Assembly: GCF_006345805.1 (NCBI RefSeq)
Contig: NC_043004.1
Span: 105,276,001-105,340,000, forward strand
DNA length: 64,000 nucleotides
Reading direction: 5' to 3'
Source of the DNA: Octopus sinensis
Lineage: Eukaryota
Of this stretch, positions 24,165 to 36,676 are shown piece by piece. Below the pieces are notes generated by a model, which saw nothing but the letters and a program-made list of their open reading frames with translations, was not told where the DNA came from and ran no database searches. How positions within the stretch are numbered: the first letter of the stretch is position 1; each line of letters begins with the position of its first letter. Both the position numbers and the translations under genes were made by a program.

Positions 24165-24580
24165 TTGATTGATTGATTGATTGATTCTAGTTTCAGCTTA
24201 TGAGCTGTGGCCATGCTGGGGCACCGCCATTTGGTGTTGCTACTTGGTTTCACTTCACGAAAGCTTTCTAGCAACTGCCATTTGGTGCATGAGAGAGTTC
24301 GATGCAGCTGCCCTCATCTGCCCCACCTGCCGTGAAGTTGGTTCATCTGGGACACCTGACAGGAAGAGATCCAGCTTTATTTTAAAGACATCTGCATCCA
24401 CCCCATGCAGGTCTCTCAGGTTCTTCGGGAGAATATTGAAGAGCTGTGGGCCTCGGAAGCCCAGGCTATCACAGAATCTTGTCCTACATCTTGATGGCAA
24501 GTTTGGAGTCCTAGGCACCACGCAGTGGCGCCCAGTTCTGGCATTTGCGTAACTCTCGATGCCAAAGTTCAGGACACGTC
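24165..24580 (-). mobile_element. 3' end of a CR1/L2-group LINE with (ATCA)n tail
   Basis: Minus-strand peptide ...GPQLFNILPKNLRDL...FKIKLDLFLSGVPDEP...AASNSLMHQ, then a 3' UTR and (AATC)n. Confidence 0.75.
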
Positions 24581-24582
24581 TG

Positions 24583-24613
<31 letters not shown>

Positions 24614-24721
24614 GCATATATATATATATATGTATATATATATACACACATGCATATATATATATATATGTATATATATATACACACATGCATATATATA
24701 TATATATATGTATATATATAT
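24581..24721. repeat. Compound microsatellite with higher-order unit (ta)n-cacacatgca-(ta)n-tg, three times
   Basis: Direct reading. Confidence 0.85.
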
Positions 24722-25935
24722 GTCATCATCACCATCATCATTTAACGTCCGTTTTCCATGCTAGCATGGGTTGGATGGTTCAACCAGGGTCTGGTAAGCA
24801 CCAGGCTCCAGTCTAGTTTGGTGGTGTTTCTACAGCTGGATGCCCTTCCTAACGCCAACCACTCCGTGAGTGTAGTGGGTGTTTTTTATGTGCCACCGAC
24901 ACAGGGACCAGAGGGGGCTGGCAAACGACCACGATCAGTTGGTGCTTTTTACGCGTCTCCGGCACAGGTGTCTTAACTACAATTTCCATTTGATATTTAT
25001 TTTGATGCTGGTGTTAACATACTTGACTCAATAGGTCTCCTCAAGAACAGCGGATCACTCTATGATCTAAGGTTAGCACAGCAGGCCTCCTGTGATTCAT
25101 GAACTCACTTCATTTGTCGGGTCTTCACAGTCACAGCATATCTCAGGTGTCTTGGTCTTCGTCATTTCCTCTGTGAGGCCCCCACCAGCATGGGTATCAC
25201 AACTACAATAGCCATGCGATTTTTATTTTGATGTTGATGAACTTGACACAATAGGTCTCCTCAAGCGCAGCAGGCCATCCTGCAAGCCATGAACTCACTT
25301 CATTTGTTGGGTCTTTGAAGTCACATTATATCTCCAGAGGTCTGGTCTCTCGTCATAGCCTCTGTGAAGCTCGACACACAAAGACCATGCTTGACCACCT
25401 CCTGCAAGCCATGAACTCACTTCATTTGTCGGGTCTTCGAAGTCACAGCATATCTCCAGAGGTCTTGGTCTTTCGTCATAGCCTCTTGTGAGGCTAACGT
25501 ACAAAGGTCATGCTTGACTACCTCGTCCCATGTCTTCCTGGGTCTACCTCTACCCCAGATTCCTTCAACAGTTTGGGAGTGGCACTTCTTCGCACATCTC
25601 TCCTCATCCATCCATAGTACATGACCATACCAATGCAATTGTCTCTCCTGCACGCTGCATCCGATGCTTCAAATGCCCAACATTTCTCTCAGGGCGCTTA
25701 CACTCTGTCATGTGTGCACACTGACATTACACATCCAGCGGATCATGCTAGCTTCATTTCTTTCCATCCTACGCATGTCCTCCGCAGTCACAGCCCATGT
25801 TTCACTGCCGTGAAGCATGGCGGTTTGCTCACATGCGTCGTACAATCTACCTTTCACTCTGAGCGAGAGACCTTTTGTCGCCAGTAGGGGAAGAAGCTTC
25901 CTACACTTTGCCCAGGCTATTCTTATTCTACCTTC
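24722..25935 (-). mobile_element. RTE-clade LINE 3' fragment with (GAT)n tail (family B)
   Basis: Disrupted peptides RIRIAWAK..LLPLL..KGRLYDAC..MLHGSETW and LHWYGHV..GRGRPRKTW, followed by a long 3' UTR ending ggacgttaaatgatgatg. Confidence 0.85.
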
Positions 25936-26532
25936 GAAACACGCTAGAGTTGAACTAGGGACAGCTAATGAAGGGGATTTTTCCTTGTGTAGTTTGTCTT
26001 GTACTCTGTTTTTCTGTTGTAAAAAAATGGTTTGTTCCATGCTTGTTTTTCCGTTTTCGTTTCTCGTTGAGTTCTACGTCTATTTGTGGTGTCCTGTACT
26101 CACGTATATATATTTATATATGCATGTATATATACATGTAGATGTAGGTACGTACATATATGTACGTATGTATGCATATATTTTATTTATTACACTATAT
26201 ATATATGTATGTGTATGTATATATGTATGTGTGTGTGTATATTATATATATATTATATATATATATATATATATCAAACATAAATAATAACAATATTTTC
26301 TTTAATCAACATTCTCATAGAATAATGATAGTGATTTCTATTTTCGCACATATTTTACTAACATTTTCACATAAAACTGTTTAATTCCAATGAAATTAGA
26401 TTTACACATTTTAGTGAATGTGTAAAGATTCACTTAAATTCTGTCTTCATAATAATTTTCTTTAAAACATTTCAATTAAACTGTGGAGATTTATTTCAAT
26501 TAAACATTCTCTTGTCTCCCCATTAGCCCTCA

Positions 26533-26580
<48 letters not shown>

Positions 26581-27660
26581 CCTCATTGAGTAGCTGTTGT
26601 GTAGTCAACTGTTCCTCCCCTTCCAATCCTCCTCCATTGCTGGTCAGTCAGCCTTAATCTTGTTGAATTGAGTTGTTTGGTTTCTTTTCAACTGCAAGAT
26701 TCTATGGAATTCTCTGGAATTCTTCTTTGCCTCTGTAGCAAAATGAATGAATAACTAAGGAGGATATTTGCAGTTGAAGTTTTTTTCTGGAATAGCTTGA
26801 TTGATGTAGATCTCTGTCTTTTTCTCGCGCCCCCCCCCCCCCCGATCCTTTCTTCATATCTCATAGCTCACTACCCATATCTTCCTATCTCTGTCCCTAT
26901 CCATTTCTTGTATTCTTTCTCCCCTTCTTCCTGTCCTCACTCTTACTTCTCTCTCTCTCTCCCTCTATCTCCCCCTCTCTCTCTCTCTCTGTTGTTTGTG
27001 GTTAGAGAGAGAGGCTGAATTATCTCTGCAAATATTTCTTTGGTTGATATAATTTCAAAATATTTGTTGTTGTTGTTATTATTGTCGTCACTCCTTTCTC
27101 TCAACCCCTCCTCTCACTCTGTCTTAATATTTATGGTTTCTTTAGTGCTTATGATGTATTTGTAATATGAATAGATTTTGTTTTATGTGTGTTTTTGAAT
27201 CTTATATATTCTCTTAGTATATATTTATTTTATACATATAATATTTTTGTTGTATATTTTATATTTATATTTGTATTGTGAATTTTGTGTATATTATATG
27301 TGTATTTTATACGGCTATATTTACATTGTATAGTATTTTATGTGTATATATTTATAATTTATTTTGTCTATATTTTTTTCTTTTTTGTGCATATATTAGT
27401 TTCTGTTTTTTTTTTTTATATTCAAATATTTGTATTGTGTGTTTTTAGGGTCTGTATACATTTGTTTTCTGTATTTTTTTATGTTGATATATTTGTATTC
27501 AGAATTTCTTGAAATATACTTTGGGAAATGAATTTGACAATGAATCACTGCATCTCCCTTCGCACAAAAGTTCTCCTGCACACATTCAGACATCTCTTTC
27601 TCTCTCTCTCTAGCCACTACACATTCTTTTATTTTCTCTCCTTGTTGCTTTCTGTGTTCC

Positions 27661-27694
27661 TTTCTGTGGAAGAGCGTAGGCTCGAAACGTTAAA
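27661..27694 (+). ncRNA. Minimal hammerhead-like motif, U6 variant (diverged copy)
   Basis: TTT-CTGTGGA-A-GAGC gtag GCTC-GAAACGTT^-AAA. Confidence 0.45.
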
Positions 27695-27997
27695 AACTTT
27701 TTCACTTCCCAAACATTATACTTATACATCTGTTTGTTGTCTACACCACCTGTCTTTGTGAATTCTCCCCATGTATATGTATATATGTATATATATGCAT
27801 TAGTTCTTCAAACACACACACATATAATGGATTTTCATTCACACATATATGTGAGAATTTCACATACACACTTACACAATCCATAAAATTGTTTCATACA
27901 TGTACCCACAAATGCACACTCACACACACACATATATGCACATTACTTTCCGTTTATGCTACAAAAAGTGGTATGTAAGTGTAATTGAAATGTATGT

Positions 27998-28032
<35 letters not shown>

Positions 28033-28467
28033 ACACACACACACACACAAGCAAAAAATAATAAACATACATTAGTAGCTTATAAACATGCACTTACACA
28101 CTTAAATTTCTATCTCTTCCCCCCTTTGCACCCCTCCTGCTGTGTGGAAAAGAGTTCTGTATTCATAGCATCTCATCCACCACTCCTCTCTCTCTTAACT
28201 GCCTTAACTGATGTCCTAGATTAGGGGAGTAAACTAGGTCTTTTGTGAGTGAGCATGTGTATGTGCATGTATGATTTAATGTGTGAGAGAGAAAGAGAGA
28301 GAGAGTAGGGGGGTGGAGCTTGAGAGGGCCACCCTCCACCTACACACACACCTCATATTGCTCAGTTTCTTTCTTTCTTTACCGGCTCTTCTTCTCCCAG
28401 AAGTGCCTATGTGTATATGTAGGCATACATGTAAGTGCTATTGCTACTACCACTACTATTGGACCAT

Positions 28468-28496
<29 letters not shown>

Positions 28497-28501
<5 letters not shown>

Positions 28502-28557
28502 TAACACATACTAACACATACTAACACATACTAACACATACTAACACACACTAACAC
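28497..28557. repeat. 10-bp tandem repeat (CATACTAACA)x6
   Basis: Direct reading. Confidence 0.9.
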
Positions 28558-28604
28558 AAGCATAGATACATAACATTTAGACACACATATTAATACAATC
28601 ACAT

Positions 28605-28641
<37 letters not shown>

Positions 28642-29546
28642 GATATATATATATATATATATATATTCATGTTTTGTGTGTGTGGTTAAATTTTTTGTTT
28701 TTGTGGTGTGCTTTTCTACTATTCAGTAAACACCTATTAAGGGTCGGCTCTTGTTACTTTCTACCGACTTACCTACCAACCTACCTCTGGCATTTACAGT
28801 GTTAATCAGTGCATTTGGTCATGAAATAAACCTTTCCACCCACCTTCTCACCTACACCACCCCTACATCTATACACCCTTATTTCTATGTCTTATCTTAA
28901 ATAAATAAATAAGTTAAACCCCTCCTCTCTCTCTCTCATGTATTTCTCTACATAATCCTTTCTCTTCCCCTTATCTCTCCACTGTTAGATGGAGGTGGAG
29001 ATCTGCCTGCTCCTTAATTTCACTCCTCTCTCACCTTGACCCCCATACACTGTTCCAGATCCTTCCCTTACCTGTTTATTGATAAAAAAAGGGGAACAGG
29101 CTGTACCATCCCACTCTCCCTCTACTACCACTTATTCAGATATTCTAGAAATTTCATAACCATTAATAATAATCTCTTCTGTATAATACACTGGAAAACA
29201 CACACACACACACACACTCACATCTTTAAACATACACACACTACCCTATAATTTCACATGCTCATTTACAATAACACATGCTATTTGTCTCTTTCAAGTC
29301 TTCCCTCCATCACATGCATGCACACACACACACACACACACTCATGTTATTTGTGTGTGTGTGTGCATACATGAGCTTTCACACAGTTTCTATCCACTTA
29401 ATAAATTCACTCACTTGGCTTTCATCATTCCAGGGTGATAGTAGAAGACATTTGTCCAAGGCACTATGCAGGGAGACAAAACTCAAACCACATGGTTGCA
29501 ATATACACACACTCATATATATTTTATACACACACACACACATATA

Positions 29547-31062
29547 CACAGGCGAAAATAAATTTAAGACCGATGATAAAAGTTCTGTTTCTTACAAAAT
29601 ATTTTGTTACTAACACCATACAAATTATTTTTATCTTTTACACCTTATGCAGAATTTATTTCTCTTTTGAATGATGCAGACAATAACTATTTTTATACAA
29701 CTTGAAGAATTCTAATGCTAGATTAATATAAACGTTTCAAATTTACTGGCAAAATTAGTCTAAGACAAATGAAATACATATTAGCACTTTGTGCCGTAGC
29801 CTTCATTCTTAATAACCTCTGAACAACGCCTCGGCATTGAATTTGCTAAGTGATTACAAAATTCTATGGGAATGTTTTGCCATATTTCATTGATATAATT
29901 GTTTTAGAGTAGATGGTTTTTTTAGCATGGACATTTTTGGAAACATAATTCCACAAGTATTATGCTGATCAAAAAATTCCATAACCTTTTTGGCTTTGTG
30001 CACAGGACTATTGTCCTGCTAATAAATAGCCCCTGGAGGCATTTGGTGAGTCAAATATGGCACAACGTTATCCTTTAGTAGATTCTTATAACCTACACTA
30101 TTTTGCTTTCCATTAACTTTAACTAGAGGGCCAACACCAAAGCTACTAAATGCCACCCACACCATCACACCCCCTGCTTGCGTCGTCTTTTTCACGCATT
30201 TCAGATGGAATTGCTCGGTTGGGCGACATCTGACGTATGTTTTACCATCTGATCCAAATATACAGAAGCGTGACTCATCACTCCAAAGGACCCTGCACCG
30301 ATCTTTGGCAGTCCATTGAGCATGGCTTTTTGCAAAATTAAGGCATTTAAGTTGATTTCTTTCAGATATTATTGGCTTTTTCCTAGCGATTTATCCATGT
30401 AGTCCAAATTCTCTCAAACGGATGCGGGCGGTTTGTGATGTAAAAAGAACACCATTCTCGTTGGATAATTGTTTACAAATGTCTATGACTGCCAGCATTC
30501 GGTTGCCTTCCGAAAGTCGGTGTATTTGACGGCCCAACAGCGCCGTCATTTTTCTTGGGGCCAGTCCTTTGCCGATCTTTATATTAACCAGTCTCCGAGT
30601 ATAACTTCCATGCTTGCATGCAAGCCGTTTTACTGCGCTTTAGTTGCTTGCTGATGTTCGAAAAGGAAACTTTTTGCTGGTGGAGTAATACAATTTTTGG
30701 TCTCTTGACTGGACTGAGGCTACGTTGTTTTCCCATTATTAATCAATTGTATAATTATGTTAAATTATAACACTATATATTGCAGTTAGGTTAGTTGTGT
30801 GGCTACGCATTTTGGAAAAAAAATTTGCATACATATTACATGGTCTTAAACTAATTTTGCTGGTAAATTTCAAATGTTTATATCAATTTAGCATTAGAAT
30901 TCTTCAAGTTGTATAAAAATAGTTATTGTCTGCATCATTCAAAAGAGAAATAAATTCTGCATAAGATGTAAAAGTTAAGAATAATTTGTATGGTGTTAGT
31001 GACAAAATATTTTGTAAGAAATAGAACTTTTATCATTGGTCTTAAATTTATTTTCGCCAGTG
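29547..31062 (-). mobile_element. Tc1-family DNA transposon with about 225-bp TIRs and decayed transposase
   Basis: TA flanks, long inverted repeats, and minus-strand peptide LNFAKSHAQW...VLWSDESRF...GGVMVW. Confidence 0.9.
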
Positions 31063-31095
<33 letters not shown>

Positions 31096-31950
31096 AGGCA
31101 CAAGTGTGGCTGTGTGGTGAAAAGTTTGCTTTTCAACCACATGGTTCCAAATTCAGTCCCACAGTGTTGTACTTAGGACAGGTGTCTTCTGCTGTAGCCT
31201 TGGTCTGAACAGAGCCTTGTGAGTGGATTTGGTATAAGGAAACTGAGGGAAGCTTGTGTCTGTGTGTGTGCCTATAACTTACTAGCTGGCAAAAGAGACC
31301 AATATAGTAAGTACCAAGTTTACAAAAATAAGTGCTTGGGTTTGACTGTCCTACCCATGCCAGCATGGAAAAGCCAGAGAGCTGCACCAGGCTCCAGTCT
31401 GATTTGGCTTAGTTTCTACAGCCTGATGCCCTTCCTAACACCCACCACTTTACAGTGTATGTTGGGTACTTTTTTAAAGTGGAACTGGCATGAACACTTT
31501 TATGTGGCACCACCTGGAGACCCTGCACACCCACAAGTCAAACTCAGAGTAGCAACTGACGGATTTGTCCCAAATAACATATTATTAATCAGCTATGGCA
31601 TTGAGTACTTCTTTTTTCCAACAGCCAACACTAAACATACATAGTGGGCCTTCTATAAGTCAATGCTGAACCTGCACTGCACATATTTGTGCATCTAGGT
31701 AAGATTCTTTAAGCAAGACATGCAGTTGCCCATGTGTGCAAGTTTTTCCTCCTTACACCACTGATACTTATCCACTCAAAATCTTGTGTCTCCAAGCAAT
31801 CTTCGGGCTGGGAGACACAAGGCATGCTAAAGAAATCTATGTAGATTCGGGTCTTCATAACCATTAACTATTAGTAGCTCTATCTTTATACAATGTACAT
31901 TAAATGAATGGAACAGTAAACTATTCTCTCACTCACTCTCTCTCTCTCAC

Positions 31951-31991
<41 letters not shown>

Positions 31992-32145
31992 TGCGTTCTT
32001 TCTGCTGGAAAGGATATAATCCATGGTTTTGTAAACCCTGAGATTGATGAAACTAATGTTCCTAGAGGGAAAGCAAAATAGGAATTCTAGTACAAACGTG
32101 TGTATTTCTTCCATGCATGTAAGTGTGCATGCAGTATATCTGTAC

Positions 32146-32530
32146 ATCATCATCATCATCATCATCGTTTAGCGTCCACTTTCCATGCCAGCATAGGTTG
32201 GACGGTTCAACTGGTGTCTGGGAAGCCAGAAGGCTGCACCAGGCCCAGTCTGATCTGGCAGTGTTTCTACAGCTGGATGCCCTTCCTAACGCCAACCACT
32301 CCGTGAGTGTAGTGGGTGCTTTTTACGTGCCACCGGCACGGGGACCAGGCAAAGCTGGCAACGGGCACGATCGGATGGTGCTTTTTATGTGCCACCGGCA
32401 CGGGGGCCAGTCGGGGCAGCTCTGGCAACGGACACGGTCGGGTGGTGCTTTTTACGTGCCACCGGCACGGGGACCAGGCAAGGCTGGCAACGGCAACGAT
32501 CGGATGGTGCTTTTTACGTGCCACCGGCAC
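32146..32530 (-). mobile_element. RTE 3'-tail copy (family B) with internal minisatellite
   Basis: Family B tail plus about 3.5 units of gtgctttttacgtgccaccggcacg.... Confidence 0.8.
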
Positions 32531-32701
32531 ATATGAATATAGTATGTACATTTGCATATATATGTGTTGCATGTCTATGTGAATTATATTTTAATACATG
32601 AATATTGTAAATTACATCTTTGCCAGTGTGTTTTAATGTTTTGAATTTTTGTTACTCTCGGGGTATAATATGTCATTATTACACTGGTTTTTCTTTTGCA
32701 G

Positions 32702-32874
32702 GATCAATTTATGAAACCCGGCACCGCTTTGACAATGGTGGTGCTGTTGGTGGTATGACCAACAAGCCATCATCTTCTCCACCACTGGCCCCTCGTATTT
32801 ATAAACCTTGTGTTGTCTGTAATGATAAATCATCAGGATATCACTATGGTGTCAGCTCCTGTGAAGGTTGTAAG
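32702..32874 (+). CDS. RAR: RAR exon: B region and first zinc finger (P-box CEGCK)
   Basis: ttttgcag acceptor and GTAATG donor. Encodes [58 protein letters not shown]. Confidence 0.97.
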
Positions 32875-33420
32875 GTAATGATTGTCACTGCTTCTGCATT
32901 TGCTATGTCATGTGGATGTTACATTCTTTTCAATTCCTCTACTCCTGTATCCTTATTCAGAGTATTGCTTTTGTTTGCATGTTTTTCTTGCCATTATTTT
33001 GATTAGCTTTTACTCCTTTTTCCAACTCTATGATGTGTTGAATTGAAAGGTGTGTATGTATATATATATATATATATATATGCATTTATAGTTTTCTTGT
33101 TTGCCATTACACTGCAGCCTTACTAAGGGTACTGCACTGTAGGGTTTAATTGAAAAATATACCCCTCCCACCCAGTTTTTTAAGTCTGGTACTTATCTCT
33201 CAGCCTTTTTTGTCAAGAACATAGACAAACACACACACACACACACACACATACAGACGAAGAAACAATGGGCTTCTATACAGTTTCTGCCTACCAAAGT
33301 TATTCATCAAGCATTAGTTGGTCCAGGAGTATAGTACAAAGCACTTGTTTAAGGTTCCACTCCATGGGACTGAACCTGAAACTATGTGGTTTAATAGCAA
33401 ACTTCTTAGTCGCCTACCAT

Positions 33421-34520
33421 ATCATCATCATCATCATCATCGTTTAACATCCGTTTTCCATGCTAGCATGGGTTGGATGGGGTCTGGGATGCCAGGAGGC
33501 TGCGCCAGGCTCCAATCTGATCTGGCAGTGTTTCTACGGCTGGATGCCCTTCCTAACGCCAACCACTCCAAGAGTGTAGTGGGTGTTTTTTACGTGCCAC
33601 TGGCACAGGGGCCAGAGGGGGCTGGCAAACGGCCACGATTGGTTGGTGCTTTTTACGTGTCACCAACATGGATGACAGTCAGGTGGTGCTGGCATCAGCC
33701 ACATTCAGATGGTGCTTCTTATATGCCACCGGCACGGGTATCATAACTACAATTTCCATTTGATTTTTATTTTGATGTTGGTGTTGATGTACTTGACTCA
33801 ATAGGTCTCCTCAAGCACAACAGGTCACTCTACAATCCAAGGTTAGCACAGCAGGCCGTCCTGCGAGCCAGGAACTCACTTCATTTATCGGGTCATTACA
33901 GTCAAAGCATATCTCAGGGGTCTCAGTCTTTCGTCATTTCCATTGTGAGGCCCAACAGGCCACCGGCACGGATATCACAACTACGATATCCATTTGATTT
34001 TTATTTTGATTGGCATTAGGAGGGGCATCCAGCTGTAGAAACTCAGTCAAATCGTCCAACCCATGCTAGCATGGAAAGCGGATGTTAAATGATGATGATG
34101 ATGATGATGTACTTGACTCAATAGGTCTCCTCAAGCACAGCAGGTCGCCCTATGATCCAAGGTTAGCGCAGCAGGCTGTCCTGCAAACCATGAACTCACT
34201 GCATTTGTCGGGTCTTCGCAGTCACAGCATACCTCCAGAGATCTCCGTCTTTCATCATAGCCTCTGTGAGGCCCCACATACGAAGGTCATGTTTGACCAC
34301 CTCATCCCATGTCTTCCTGGGTCTACCTCTACCCCAGTCTCCTTTAACAGTTTGGGAATGGCACTTCTTCACACATCTCTCCTCATCCATCCGTAGTACA
34401 TGACCATACCAACGCAAATGTCTCTCCTGCATGCCACATCCGATGCTTCTTATGTCCAACATTTCTCTCAGGACGCTTACACTCTGTCGTGCATGGACAC
34501 TGACATTGCACATCCAACTG
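33421..34520 (-). mobile_element. RTE-clade LINE 3' fragment with a nested opposite-strand tail copy at about 34010-34110
   Basis: Peptide LRWYGHVLRMDEERCVKK..GRGRPRKTWDEVVKHDL. Same 3' UTR as 24722-25935. Confidence 0.85.
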
Positions 34521-34646
34521 ACTATATATATATATATATATATATAAATTAGAAAAAAACCACCTTTTATCAATTCAATTTAGTATTTCTAAATTGAATT
34601 TTTCCCTGTAAGTTTGAAATAATACTCCATCATATTATTATATATA

Positions 34647-34704
<58 letters not shown>

Positions 34705-35296
34705 TACATCTCTCTATCTATATATATATATCTATTCACACACACACACATGTATATGCATGTATACACACACACGTATGTATGTATATTTATGCCCAGT
34801 AAATAAATGACTCACAAGACTAGTTCTGATTCTTTCTTGTGTACTGGGATGGTCAAAGTCTTATTTATAACTAATGGAGTCAAGTGGGGACAGGGTTAGG
34901 AGAGGCTATAGTTTTTACTGAAAGTAGTTAAGAAAGGTGTTGGAAGAATAAGTATAGGGTTATAAATGAAAAGACAGACGGATAGCTTGATATAACAACA
35001 TCATAAAGACATGTTTTTTGTTATTGAAAACGAGTTTTAGGTGAAAGTAGGTAGGATAGATAGATAGATAGATACAGGAATTGTTAAGATACAAGGATAT
35101 TTAGATAAAAAGACAGCTAGGTTTTTTTGTAGATAATGATAAAGAGATATAGTGAGATATATACATAGAACAGGAAACATACAGGACAGTCGATGGATAG
35201 ATGGAAGGTTATGACTAAAAAGAAAAGTATAAAGTTGGATTGAAAAAGAAAGAAGAAAATTCATTTTGGGTATAAGATTTTGCTCTAATGATCTAT

Positions 35297-35720
35297 GTAG
35301 GCGCAGGAGTGGCTGTGTGGTAAGTAGCTTGCTTACCAACCACATGGTTCCGGGTTCAGTCCCACTGCGTGGCATCTTGGGCAAGTGTCTTCTGCTATAG
35401 CCCCGGGCCGACCAATGCCTTGTGAGTGGATTTGGTAGATGGAAACTGAAAGAAGCCTGTCGTATATATGTATATATATATATATATATATATGTATATG
35501 TGTGTGTGTTTGTGTGTCTGTGTTTGTCCCCCTAGCATTGCTTGACAACCGATGCTGGTGTGTTTATGTCCCCGTTACTTAGCGGTTCGGCAAAAGAGAC
35601 CGATAGAATAAGTACTGGGCTTACAAAAGAATAAGTCCCGGGGTCGAGTTGCTCGATTAAAGGCGGTGTTCCAGCATGGCCGCAGTCAAATGACTGAAAC
35701 TAATAAGAGAGTAAAGAGTA
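35297..35720 (+). mobile_element. SINE family A, near-complete reference copy
   Basis: ggcgcaggagtggctgtgtggtaag...ggttcagtccc...(ta)n(tg)n...gactgaaactaataagagagtaaagagta. Confidence 0.9.
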
Positions 35721-35879
35721 TGTGGGATTGGTCAATGATTAAACTGAAAATAATTTGGAAATGGATTGTGAATAGATAATACTTAGAAGATTTTTGTCTG
35801 TGCTATACAACACACAGGTACATATATACAGAACAAATACTCCTCCATCCACTTACTCATTCAGTCTTGTACATTTGAA

Positions 35880-36350
35880 TATCATCATCATCATTGTTTA
35901 ACGTCCGCTTTCCATGCTAGCATGGTTTGGACGATTTGACTGAGGTCTGGCAAACCAGACTCCAATCTGATCTGGCAGAGTTTCTACAGCTGGATGCCCT
36001 TCCTAAGCCAACCACTCCAAGAGTATAGTGGGTGCTTTTACGTGCCATCCACATGAGGACCAGTCAGGCGGTACTGGCAATGGCCATGCTCAAATGGTGT
36101 TTTTTATGTGCCACCTGCACAGGAGCCAGTCCAGCGGCACTAGCAACAATCTCGCTTGAATGTTTTTTCTTCACGTGCCACCAGCACAAGTGCTAGTAAG
36201 GCGACGCAGGTAACAATCACGCTCGAATGGTGATTTTAACATGCCATCAGCACGGAGGCCAGCTTGTTGCTCTGGCAACGATCTCACTCGTATGTTACTC
36301 TTAGCGCTCCACTAGCAATGGATGCCAGTCACCAAGTTTGATTTCGATTT
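35880..36350 (-). mobile_element. RTE 3'-tail copy (family B)
   Basis: (cat)n-tgtttaacgtccgctttccatgctagcatgg...ctggatgcccttcct. Confidence 0.75.
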
Positions 36351-36534
36351 AAGTGTGAACCCTAATATAATTCTGTATATTGTTGAGTAGTGTTAACTAT
36401 GTTAGTTAATTTGAAGAAAGAGACTACAGACTTGCCATGATTTGACAATATTTAGAATTCATATAAAGTTTACATTTTCAATATAATGATTATTATTATT
36501 TTTTTTTTCTGTTTACAACTTCTTTACCATTTAG

Positions 36535-36676
36535 GGCTTCTTCCGACGCAGTGTTCAGAAAAATATGCACTATTCATGTCTTAAAATGAAAAACTGTGAA
36601 ATTGTACGAACCTCCCGCAACCGGTGCCAATATTGCCGTCTACAGAAATGTTTCAAGATGGGAATGTCCAAAGAAG
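36535..36676 (+). CDS. RAR: RAR exon: second zinc finger
   Basis: ccatttag acceptor and G|GTATTA donor. Encodes [47 protein letters not shown]. Missed by the ORF track. Confidence 0.97.

Noticed and set aside
25930-25990. CGAAAC...CTAATGAAGGGG..TCCTT at the RTE 5' junction
   Set aside because: Core elements are mutated and the order is ambiguous, so it cannot be distinguished from chance.
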